Shown: one piece after another, positions 45,201 to 54,231 of the stretch | How positions within the stretch are numbered: the stretch's first letter is position 1 | Layout: every line of letters starts with the position of its first letter | Origin: Schizochytrium sp. TIO01 | Lineage: Eukaryota; Protista; Bigyra: Labyrinthulomycetes | DNA length: 64,000 bases | Assembly: GCA_004764695.1 (NCBI GenBank) | Contig: SMSO01000032.1 | Span: 6,170,483-6,234,482 of the forward strand | Reading direction: 5' to 3' | Made by a program: the position numbers and the translations under genes | The notes under the pieces: generated by a model | What the model saw: only the letters and a program-made list of their open reading frames with translations | Database searches by the model: none | What the model was told of the DNA's origin: nothing

Positions 45201-46223
45201 CTCACCGAACTCGGGCATGCCTGCGTCGCATCAATGATGCAAGAGTATGATCAGAATGGAGACGGCGCTCTTGATGTACGTGAGATGAACGAGTTTCAGA
45301 AGGCTTTAGGTGCTGAAATATTTGCATCCGAACAAGAATATCACGCAGCACTTCAAGAAGACGGCGCCATTGTTAATCGGCAGGGAAACCTCACGTTAGA
45401 AGGACTTGAGGATCTATATATTCGTGGAGATCCACAGCTCTTGGCTCGCGACATTGGTCATTTGGGACTTTATCACTCATCTTTAGCAAGAATTCCCTTT
45501 CAAGGTAGCATACATTTGCATGCACCTATGTATGGTCGTGTTTGTGATGATTTTTGCACGGAGGAATTTGGAGGAAGCCTACAGCACTTTCAAGATTTAT
45601 TTGTTCATGGGTTTGAATTCTTCACCGGAACAAAAGACCTATGGCGGCAGCACAGTGAACGGTCTCGCCTCGAGGTTAGCTATGCAAGCTGGCGGGATGC
45701 TTTTGAGGCATTGAAATCCCACATGGAGCTCAGTTTACCAGTGTCATTAATGACCTTTATTCAGCAACTAGTTTTTGAAGCTGGTTTTCTCAGAAATTTT
45801 GCACATGATTGGCTATCAGTGTGTCGTGGACTCGTTTATTGTCTCAAGCGCGCTCAGATCAACTGCCTAGATGATGAGGTTGAGGATGAGGATGAACGTG
45901 ACCCATTGAGTGATTCAGTCCAAGACCAGTTTCAAGCGATGCCGTCTACATCTATCGACAACGAAGACCAAAGTTGTTCAGAGCCACGTACATCTTTTGA
46001 CGAACCAGGACTTGCAAATTTCATTGAAAGGAAGCTCCTCAAAACTGTATATCATATGTGCAATGCGCTTCGCAATACCGTAGCAGGAGTGTCCAGCGCC
46101 GAAATTCGGTTTCGGGACGATCGCACAATTTTATTACATGGTAATGGCCTCAATCTGGTTGACTGGATACTAGACGAAGTGGATGGGGAAGAAGCCACAA
46201 TGGAGGATCAACTACAAGATTGA
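42213..46223 (+). CDS. large EF-hand protein (~1336 aa), probably N-myristoylated
   Basis: The track start at 42201 is TTG; the first ATG (42213) gives MGKVYS (MGxxxS). Contains an NCS/CBL-like segment KAGYLFGLFDFNRKKKLERDEV and a canonical EF loop DQNGDGALDVRE at 45249-45284. Confidence 0.9.
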   Translation: MGKVYSKELRDQDEELKKFGVVSEKTRRRATSAWVPDFSSYDFGEEFLRWEGIEFKDVQRLQSLWRQLGSDLTLTRKAYEFFMNESGLSKRQSKDVASLTSFSSSTLSSSHDGSELSDVARAPVLSQSEATKLEVLRQYESFLSRQRDFGQTQQKRRVENHANLAGAPRVAALDVLAGVALVSKANSAQKAGYLFGLFDFNRKKKLERDEVLAMLSAAMRGYCAIKSAPLPPPEGLEWLVDVSIFEHNRIDPGSGTISMGTFVDWCKRNPNAEVILANADAVATGSGSAFADRRRAMQKKLLTRLARIESSLEMLGEAPFPPEEIQDLISNTLQAREENQRLEFLMKNKTLKTHDHDEPQLDSNQQNFSSVEEVTYSENQDRQAETLASRNRRTTTIAGTCVLHRWFSELVPVEEPKVVQDPNFAGLTINQYSTMSEADRTEWSESTQMMRFLTKKLDTAWPFGKLRLPACTSPWLYIIALNAGADIMVAEPRLFIQAASSNVTDPGDQTHEDTLESAKLLKQESLPTPAMPDDATKEEVPKGSINPETQENLDEGASDGALDESKKEPAIFGEKNVESESMPCLFSPPRNIPISLLMQWVRTWPLAVGVKSRSATGKYWAWARVLVPLCRALVFATTKIVPSLLADFLRTTAKHLWIGDRYDQQAETHLGLSIAFDPDDTFAAQATLEYKRRGEPARRLEESTEPPEIDEDIASEELLDLFDYELSTISQSLLLKKGHQLYTNIFHEPPASNRGSLAKLNVSNPNAYAIIDFDTHVSAIPAEISMAAFKLRMLFTHEYFQASTVLVGAHILEIAEFKGSAKKIRIALFFNSPSMEEIMGHLEMCFGKAEHVAIEASIGSDVDDVLNAPWNGHAEDLWDMNPSPDADRPPQGRIGLAQQTLGSSHSPLASVPIGGKESLITHTSRRQAMDLQWAMKLGLGLPSAPRPRGKPSQGGDESDDLTDDEEEEEDDNRHFKPDFSQREKDREARLRISEKQLTELGHACVASMMQEYDQNGDGALDVREMNEFQKALGAEIFASEQEYHAALQEDGAIVNRQGNLTLEGLEDLYIRGDPQLLARDIGHLGLYHSSLARIPFQGSIHLHAPMYGRVCDDFCTEEFGGSLQHFQDLFVHGFEFFTGTKDLWRQHSERSRLEVSYASWRDAFEALKSHMELSLPVSLMTFIQQLVFEAGFLRNFAHDWLSVCRGLVYCLKRAQINCLDDEVEDEDERDPLSDSVQDQFQAMPSTSIDNEDQSCSEPRTSFDEPGLANFIERKLLKTVYHMCNALRNTVAGVSSAEIRFRDDRTILLHGNGLNLVDWILDEVDGEEATMEDQLQD

Positions 46224-46678
46224 AGAGATGAGTGTCCTCAACTTATTCATTTTTAATCATAGTGCAGAATTCCTTCATGTTGTTCTATAGCCACACCTAT
46301 TTTTATATAGTTCTTTCAAAGTAAGAAAATTGATTTCAATCCAAATTTCTGGATCCAGCAAACAGAGGCAACACAATCCTTCGCTCAGTCTTTATGTACC
46401 AAACATATCCTGAGAGAGAAGACATGGAACCTAAGGGTTCATATAAAAACTATTGTTGTACTGAAGATGCAGCAAAGTATACACTGCGTAGACAAAGGTA
46501 AACATGCGCTTGGCTTCTTTGGATTTAGTAAATAATAACGAGGTCTTCATTTACATAACCTTTCCAAAAGGACAATTAAGTATAGATAATAACGTCAATA
46601 CATCAATTTAAGAACATATTTTTTTGAAAACAGTCATATTTGGTACAACATTTTGAAGGATAAGGGCATTCCATAAAC

Positions 46679-49600
46679 CTAAAAGTTTTTCTCATCTAAA
46701 TGAAGAACACCGTTCCAATCTAGCGGAATACTCGCTGGAGGAGCGTAAACTTGCAAGCACGCATTTACACGCGCAAGCAAATGGATACTTGCCTCATCAG
46801 GTACATGCAACCCATCTAAGATGCCCTTGGCAAGACCAAAGTCTCCACTTCCATAGTATGCTAGAGCCTGCTCGTAGGCAAGTGCATCATCTTTCTCGTT
46901 ATCAGACAATGTTTTAGAAGGAAGAAATTCTGTACATACGAGTACTTTAGCATGTTCTTTGCGCTTTGTGCGCTTAGACGAGGTCGTTGCAGCTTGTATG
47001 CTGCGCAATCCCTCTGAAACACTAACTCCCGGAAGCCAGGATAATGTCGAGTTGTTTGGACTTGAAAGTGTATGCGCCCTTCCGCTGAATGTATTTGAGT
47101 TGGAAAGATTTATCAAATACTTTTTAATTTCATCCGCAAGACTTGCATTTATCACTCGAGCACAGCGGGTATGCTGGTATGATTTTTCTTGCGCAAGAAT
47201 CTGATAAAGCATAGTTGGATTTACTTTCCCTTTCACAGTTACAAGGTCGAGCTTTCTACAGCGAAAAACTCCGTTCGGCAGACATTCATGTGTGTCATCG
47301 CTGCAAATAATTGGTACTCCGTAGAGCTTGCATGTTCCTTCTAGACGACTCGCTAAATTAATCGAATCTCCTATACAACCAAATTTGAGTTTGGCTAGAG
47401 ATCCGATATTTCCGGTGAGAACTCTACCTGTATGAATACCAATTCTCAGACCAAGAGGTCCAAGGCCATAGCTTTGGAGGAAACTCGCCAAGAGTTCATT
47501 AATCTCCATAAGTGCTTCTTGCTGAGCTAGGGCTGATGAGCAAGCCTTAGCAGCATGATCGTCAACGAGATCAGGCGTATTCCAAAATGCGAGGATGCCA
47601 TCACCTTGAATCTCGCCAATGGTTCCCTCATAAGCCTCAATAATTCTTGTCATGACAGTGACATAATGTGTAAGGAAGCCCAACAGCTCATCCGGGCGTA
47701 ATACCTCACCCATGGTGGTAAACCCTCGAAGGTCTGAGAACATAATTGTCACCACACGGCTAGTTACGTTGAGATCACGTGCATTATCTTCATTCAAGAA
47801 GATTTGGCGTACTACGGGCTTTGGAATGAATTTTTCCACCACCCGCATAGTATTACGAAGAGCTGAAAAGGTAGATTGTACGCTGTTAATCTCCTGGATC
47901 CGCGAGTGAAATCTCTCTAATTGGAGAAAGTTGAGATCGCGAAGTTGGCGCATGGAATACTTCAGACGCTGCAGAGGAGTTGATACTGTAGTAGCAAGCG
48001 CAAATGCAAGAAAACTAGAGATCACTAGAAGCACAGCCGCAAGGACACCTTCGATAATATTTGAGTGTTGTAACACCTTTTCACTATCTTGTGTGAACTC
48101 ATTCATTGCAGCTTGAACTGCATCAATCGTAGAAGTCAAATTTCCAAGGAGCGTAATGTAAGGAACAACTACCACATGGAGAAACGTGAGCGTGTTATTT
48201 GACGCAAAATGCTCGTCGGCTTCCACATGCACAATAGACGCAGACACAAGCAAACACTCGAGAATGTCTTCAGGCTTCACCATGGCATTTGTGTAAAGAC
48301 AAGGGGACATCGTTTCTGCATGCACAGCTTGGGCAATCGCATTTGAATAATTATGGTTTGACAAATCGAAGACCCCATATGTCTCTAAAAGCATACGTGT
48401 TACATTGCGTATTGTTGGATTACCAGCGTCAAGAGCCATTGCCACATCAAGAGGAGGGTCACGTGAGTTTGCTGCAAGTAAGCCCTGCTGGTTATCAGAT
48501 GAAATAACAATCATAAATGCAACAGCTTGATCAATGAGCGCTGAGAATTGCTGTGCTGTTAGCGGAGAAAGTAAATTACTGCTCGCGGCTGACTCGTTAG
48601 CCATAATTTGCTGAAAATTGTTCTCGTCAACTGTTTCAAGTAAAGCCCCATCACTAATCCAAGCGCGAACAGCTGTCAGCGAAAGTAATATCTCATTGAC
48701 AAGCATATTCGAATATGAACTAATGTCATGAAGTGTGATCAACGCTCCTAAATAGCCTTTCACACAGCTCGAGTTTCCACATGGTGCCCATGGCCAGCCA
48801 TAGGCATAACCTGGAGCGAACGACGTTGCTAAAATGCTGCTAAAGTCCGAGAGTTCGCTCCAAGCTCCTTGCAAAGGTCGTCCGTCAGAATTCGCACTTT
48901 CAATTGTCACTAACAATTGAGTTTCGGCAGAAAATGTCATTGTTATCAAGGACGTGTTTGTGCTTGCAAAGGTATCCTGCGCAGAGGAACTCAAAAGAAA
49001 AGTGCTAGCCCATCCTGGCGTAATATCAAAACTGTCTGCAATCGATATTGTCTGTGACAGGTGGCCCGGAGTCCATGTCTCAAAATCAATATTATACACA
49101 CCGCCGACCTGATCATTACTTAAAGTCGTCTTGGGGACATGTACAAGCATTGTAGCAGCCTGTAGGATGTTGGTTTTATTATGTTTGATTTGTACATCCA
49201 TATATTGGTCATTTTGAAAAATAAAGACCTTTGAAAGTTTTGAGCTTGAGTTGGAACGCATCTGGTTAATCATCAGAGGTCCAGCAGATAATCTCCAAAG
49301 GCTCTCGTCGATTTTTTCTGGAACACCTTGATTTTCTAGTTCGCTGGTATTCCAGCTGTAAGCACCCAATGTAAGATTATTCCCCAGGGTATCTAAGATT
49401 TGTTGCGTGTACAACAGTGAGTCAGAAAGGGCATTTGTGACATGCAAGGGCTGTTGCAAGGTATATCCGAGGAGTCGCTCAAACAGAGTCGATGTAGTAA
49501 CTTTCCCCAGCGTTTCGCTGAGTTCCATCATTTCATTAGTAGTCAGGTTCAGTAGCCGGCCTGACGACAGTGAGCAACCTTGTTCGAGTTTCTGAGTGGA

Positions 49601-50494
49601 CTCAGCCATGAGAGTTGCAGATGGTAGCACGAGAACAATGATTGTAACTATCTGCAAGCATAGAACAGTGATGAGAACCAGGTTTCGAAACTTCCATTTA
49701 CGTTGAAATAAGCCACAACAGTAGGGTTTAACATCAAGGGAGTCTCGAAAGATTTCATCAGTGGTATCAGTACCTAACACAGCCTGTAAGGTTGCTGCAG
49801 CTTCTTGATTCTGCATGTCACTTGCACGACGCCTTGCCGTGAATCGTCCTTGGTCTTCAGATGCAAAATATAATAGCTGTTCAATGGCAGGTGTCATGGG
49901 AACGTCTACATCAGGAGTCCAAGCTGAATCAATAGTCTTTTGTGTGTAGTATCCATTTCTGGAAACCCGGGATCCATGGCGGCGGAGATTTCCTGAAGAA
50001 GTTTTTCTGGACAGGTTATCAGATGATACAAATTTAGGCACTAGTCCTGGTGACGAGGAGCTTGAGGATACTGTAGTACTTCGGTCTCGCTGTGAAATGA
50101 GTACCCGGCGAAGATTCGGGATACGCTCACTTTGGGAATTCGAAGAACGATCATCTTCAAGAAGTTTCCTGAGCATTTTTGAGCGCATGTTGTTAGTTTC
50201 GCATTGCTCTTCTGAGAGCACCTCTTCGTCACAAATCTTGGCCATATTAATACAAACGCATTCATCTTCATCTCCATTACTATTGTCATCTTCATTGCTT
50301 TGATTGCTGTTTAAAGTTTCTACATGTGGCAGTATGACTCCAGTACTAACTATGGATGAAGTGCTCAGTGTCACCAGATTTTCGTTATAATCATCATATC
50401 TGTTTTGGTTCTGGTTAACATCCGTCGATGCGTAGTGGAGCTCAATGTTCCCCGGTACAACTTCGTTGCCTGATAGCGAATGCCGGCGCCCCAT
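46679..50494 (-). CDS. membrane class III nucleotidyl cyclase (2 TM, extracytoplasmic region, HAMP-like linker, cyclase domain, TPR-like tail); probably a guanylyl cyclase
   Basis: IMFSDLRGFT, GEIQGDG, LRIGIHTG, GNIGS and GDSINLASRLE. TM segments LVLITVLCLQIVTIIVLVL and GVLAAVLLVISSFLAFALA. HAMP-like PLQRL..M...SRIQEI. Tail YEQALAYY..GDF..A. Confidence 0.95.
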   Translation of the reverse strand: MGRRHSLSGNEVVPGNIELHYASTDVNQNQNRYDDYNENLVTLSTSSIVSTGVILPHVETLNSNQSNEDDNSNGDEDECVCINMAKICDEEVLSEEQCETNNMRSKMLRKLLEDDRSSNSQSERIPNLRRVLISQRDRSTTVSSSSSSPGLVPKFVSSDNLSRKTSSGNLRRHGSRVSRNGYYTQKTIDSAWTPDVDVPMTPAIEQLLYFASEDQGRFTARRRASDMQNQEAAATLQAVLGTDTTDEIFRDSLDVKPYCCGLFQRKWKFRNLVLITVLCLQIVTIIVLVLPSATLMAESTQKLEQGCSLSSGRLLNLTTNEMMELSETLGKVTTSTLFERLLGYTLQQPLHVTNALSDSLLYTQQILDTLGNNLTLGAYSWNTSELENQGVPEKIDESLWRLSAGPLMINQMRSNSSSKLSKVFIFQNDQYMDVQIKHNKTNILQAATMLVHVPKTTLSNDQVGGVYNIDFETWTPGHLSQTISIADSFDITPGWASTFLLSSSAQDTFASTNTSLITMTFSAETQLLVTIESANSDGRPLQGAWSELSDFSSILATSFAPGYAYGWPWAPCGNSSCVKGYLGALITLHDISSYSNMLVNEILLSLTAVRAWISDGALLETVDENNFQQIMANESAASSNLLSPLTAQQFSALIDQAVAFMIVISSDNQQGLLAANSRDPPLDVAMALDAGNPTIRNVTRMLLETYGVFDLSNHNYSNAIAQAVHAETMSPCLYTNAMVKPEDILECLLVSASIVHVEADEHFASNNTLTFLHVVVVPYITLLGNLTSTIDAVQAAMNEFTQDSEKVLQHSNIIEGVLAAVLLVISSFLAFALATTVSTPLQRLKYSMRQLRDLNFLQLERFHSRIQEINSVQSTFSALRNTMRVVEKFIPKPVVRQIFLNEDNARDLNVTSRVVTIMFSDLRGFTTMGEVLRPDELLGFLTHYVTVMTRIIEAYEGTIGEIQGDGILAFWNTPDLVDDHAAKACSSALAQQEALMEINELLASFLQSYGLGPLGLRIGIHTGRVLTGNIGSLAKLKFGCIGDSINLASRLEGTCKLYGVPIICSDDTHECLPNGVFRCRKLDLVTVKGKVNPTMLYQILAQEKSYQHTRCARVINASLADEIKKYLINLSNSNTFSGRAHTLSSPNNSTLSWLPGVSVSEGLRSIQAATTSSKRTKRKEHAKVLVCTEFLPSKTLSDNEKDDALAYEQALAYYGSGDFGLAKGILDGLHVPDEASIHLLARVNACLQVYAPPASIPLDWNGVLHLDEKNF

Positions 50495-52746
50495 GCCGCC
50501 TCAGCGCGCTGTCTTTCCTAGTACAGGCGGCTCTAATGTGCAGTGCCCTAAAGAGAGCGCCTTTAGAAAGTGCCTCAGAAAGCTTGAACCGACGAAAAAG
50601 GGAGCGAAGAAAACACCTCTCCAAGATGAAGGATGCTCAGGAAAGAGACGCCTCTCTCCCTGGAACCGGCCTTTCTCAGCAAGGTCTCTGCGCGAGTACC
50701 GACGCCTCCCCCGGCTAGCTTGGCGTTGCGAACTCAATGCAGAGATGCTGGTCTATGTCCAGCTTGATGTTCTTTCCGAGCATGTGCATTGTCTCTGGAA
50801 ATTGGGTAAATCATATTCTTCCCAATTCTATTCCACAACTACGATGACATAATATATCCTATATATGACGTAGTATGTCCTATTGCCAAGGCGAAAGCTC
50901 TAAAAGAGAGTCTCTTACATAGACCCTATAATAAACCTTATATACTTAACATGGTTGCGCACGTGCTCTTTCTTTCCTTTCATTTGTCATTACTTTTCTC
51001 TTTTCTATTTCTTTCTGCTTTAGTGTTAGAAAAGTGATTAAGACTGTTAGTAGTCTCAATCAGCTCTTGAGGACAGAAAACTTGGCAACGAACTAGCTCC
51101 ATTCTCTTGGATTGCATCTCCAAGACTTGCGAGTCATAAGCGCTGAAGCTTTAGACATGCCGAGGAAGTTGGTATTTGCGTATATGCAAGTGGCGTTTAG
51201 TTATTCGTGGTTTGTTTGGCGCAGAGGGCTGGGGCGCTTCTAGGGTTGGTGGGCACTTTGGCAAATAAAAGAAGGGCATACAGGCGCGTGCGGGTACAGA
51301 GTGACCAGGAAACTCGTAGGGTATTTTCTATGTATATGTATAGCAGGTAGCATGTACCTGTAAGCCTTCCGTGATGAGGATGCATGAGGGGTTTCCATAA
51401 GCTAACATGTTCTGTGTCAAAGGAGATGTTGACATTGGTGAGTGCATATATAGTTTAAGAGATGTCACAAAGTCCTGCTTTCAGACGACAAGGAGGCGAG
51501 AATTTCACTTTTGAACTAGTTTCAATACAGTATTTTCTGGTGTTTAGGACAGAATAGAAGTTGTTCGTGGGCGTTTCAGGCAAATGGTCACATTGCAAAA
51601 GTAGAATAATCAGTTCAATGAAAATAAGGGGGTGTCATAAAATAGAGTACGTATGTGCTGGCTTGGATATTTGCTAGCTGGCCGGCAGGCGAGCTGATCA
51701 TGAATAGGTAACAAACCCAGGCTGAGGCTGAGGGAGTGCGAGAGGCAGATTACTCTCGCTTTGTCGAGGTGGTCCGTTATAGTTTAATGGTTTGATTTGA
51801 TTGATAATTTTTTCTTCCTTCTCTCAAAGTTGGGAGGGAGGCGCATTGTTGATGGATGAATAGATTGATTGAATAAATGATTCGATAATGGAATCTGTCG
51901 GTAAGAAGTTATAAGATCTCCAGAAGCATACACAGCCTTTGAGGATCTTGATGTTTCATAATTTGCCAGCATCCTTATGCTCCGTGGGTTAGGACCATTT
52001 GCTTATGATCTTTGAGGAACTTTACTGCAGAATTTGTAAAGACCGAGGAATCAGATCCTTTTGTCAAGGTTGTGTTTCCTACGCTTTCGCATTGCTGTTG
52101 GATTGAGTTCCTTTAGCAATCTCAAAATAAGCCAGGCAGGTCGTGTTTGTAATCTATTGACGCATACAGGTTGCAAGAGTTGCAAAGCCCCACTGAACAA
52201 CCCATTCCCGTATCAAAAGGAGGTCAAATATATATAGATTCGGCGGTCTAGATTTGATGATTTATTGTCGAATCTGTTTTCGCGCCTGTAGTCAGAAACA
52301 GAGAACTAGTTCAGATGCTTGAGTACATCAGCCAGAATGTAATTTCGAACTCTTAGAAGAAACCTATGCAGTGAATTTGATAAAAACGATCTTCGTAGCG
52401 ATGGTCATAAAGGGTGATGAATGTTCACTCATCATCCTAATATGTTTTGCTTTGCTTTTATTGTCTGGTTCTAGACGGCGAGGCCCCTGTGGCACCTGCT
52501 GCAACATGTCCCATTCTATTATGCACGTGTGCAGGAAGAAAACGCTATCAATTTCATGCTCCACGCGAATGGGGAGGGAAGAAGTCCCCCACCAACCAGC
52601 AGTGCTTTGCTTTTTTTTGTTTTTTTGTGGGGGGGAGGAGCCCAAGCATCGTGTACCTTAATTCAGTCATTTACGAATCATTTGCCTGGATGATATGTGA
52701 TTCGAGATACATGAAAGCGCGCAAGTTTTGATCTTAATCAGATCTC

Positions 52747-54231
52747 TCATGGCTGGTCGTGAGAGTCCTTGGTGTGTGGGAACGTAATATCTTCGGTGAG
52801 GTGGCCAAAGGAATTAAGGACTTGGTCAGCATCAAAATCAAAGAGCTGGTCAGGCCAGGGCGAGTTCGACTGGTTGTGGCTACCAGCATTGCTGTTGTAG
52901 TTGATTCGGGTATCAGGGATGTCCTGCTGTTGTACGTGTTGTTGAGTGTGCTGCTGTTCATGCTCCTGGTGGTGAGGTGGAAGGGGCGGGGAGTCCTGGG
53001 GTCCATGAGGCGGGGGTGGTGGCGCATGGGCAAGAGAACGTGAAAGGTCAGATGTAGGGTCACGAAGAACAAGGCTCGGACCTTCTGACTTAAGAAGTCT
53101 GAAGTTTCTGAATTGAACGTTATGCAAGTAGCGAAGAGGCGCAACAATACCAACGTCGTGCTGCACAACGTCTGCAAGCCACTGGCGGCCGTAGCGGTCA
53201 CGCACGAGGATATCACCCAGGCTAAAGTGTGAATGCCACATTTCCTCGCGGCCTTGGGCATCAATAACCATCTGTGTGACCATTGTAGACCGCATACAGC
53301 TGGTTGTGAATCGGATACGGTCATGGACACGCTCAACGATGACAGGGTACAGTTTGTAGTTGCCTTCGTTGGACAGTGGGGCAGCGGCCTCTGCTTCGGA
53401 CATGAAGAATTTCGCAAAACTAGCTCCGAGCGCTGGCAGTCTACGACCTTCACGGATCTCCACGCGGTAGCACACAGGTCCGAATTCGCCTGGGTGGTCT
53501 CCTGCTCGAACGTCAACTGAAGAAAGTCCTGTTGCTGACTGGAATACGGCTCTGGCGTTTGGGGAGAATTCTCTATGGGGATCTCTCTTGGGTGACTCAA
53601 AGTTCATCTTTCGGAATCCCTGTGAGATCGCCAAGGTTGTTGCAGCATGGATTACGCTCACTGAGTGATCTGCGCGGGCCATGGCAATTTGAGTACGAAT
53701 GAACCAATAGAGCGGCCTTGGGTGGCCCTTGTCAAAACCTAATTCTCTACAGATGTTCAAGAGAGCTGCTGCTGCTTGATACTGCTCTGCCGAGTTTGCA
53801 CGTGGCTGGAAGGCGTGGCAGCAGGTCCACGCCTCCAAATTGCGGAGTTCTGTAAGGCTGTGTTTGCTGGCACCAAGCTGAAGTTCGAGATCCTTACCAC
53901 TGCCACGAAGTCCTCCCGAGCCATCGTCAGATCGGCGCATTTTAAGGCGCTCCGAGTGTTCTGCGAGAGGACGTCCACGCTTACCAGGCACTCGGGGCAC
54001 ACACAAGAGCCCCAATCGAACGCACCGAGCGCAGGCTTCGCCACTCGCAGGTGCGCGACATTTCACATGAGACCTGAAGCACGCAGCACATGCGGCACCC
54101 GTAGCTCCAGACGTTCCTGAGCTGTTGTTGGCATTCGCAGAATTACTGGAGTTGGCATTGCTGGAATTGACATTCGAGCTGTTCGAATTCGCAGGGCTTG
54201 ATTGCGACGATGGAGAGGCCGTCTGGGCCAT
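52747..54231 (-). CDS. Zn(II)2Cys6 binuclear-cluster transcription factor with a possible C-terminal PAS-like domain
   Basis: CAACFRSHVKCRAPASGEACARCVRLGLLC = Cx2Cx6Cx8Cx2Cx6C (54001-54090), followed by basic KRGRP. N/S-rich N-terminus and P/Q/H-rich C-terminus. Confidence 0.93.
   Translation of the reverse strand: MAQTASPSSQSSPANSNSSNVNSSNANSSNSANANNSSGTSGATGAACAACFRSHVKCRAPASGEACARCVRLGLLCVPRVPGKRGRPLAEHSERLKMRRSDDGSGGLRGSGKDLELQLGASKHSLTELRNLEAWTCCHAFQPRANSAEQYQAAAALLNICRELGFDKGHPRPLYWFIRTQIAMARADHSVSVIHAATTLAISQGFRKMNFESPKRDPHREFSPNARAVFQSATGLSSVDVRAGDHPGEFGPVCYRVEIREGRRLPALGASFAKFFMSEAEAAAPLSNEGNYKLYPVIVERVHDRIRFTTSCMRSTMVTQMVIDAQGREEMWHSHFSLGDILVRDRYGRQWLADVVQHDVGIVAPLRYLHNVQFRNFRLLKSEGPSLVLRDPTSDLSRSLAHAPPPPPHGPQDSPPLPPHHQEHEQQHTQQHVQQQDIPDTRINYNSNAGSHNQSNSPWPDQLFDFDADQVLNSFGHLTEDITFPHTKDSHDQP

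Noticed and set aside
52734-53600. 288-aa alternative-frame ORF within the Zn2Cys6 gene
   Set aside because: Non-ATG start and an off-frame by-product of the main CDS.
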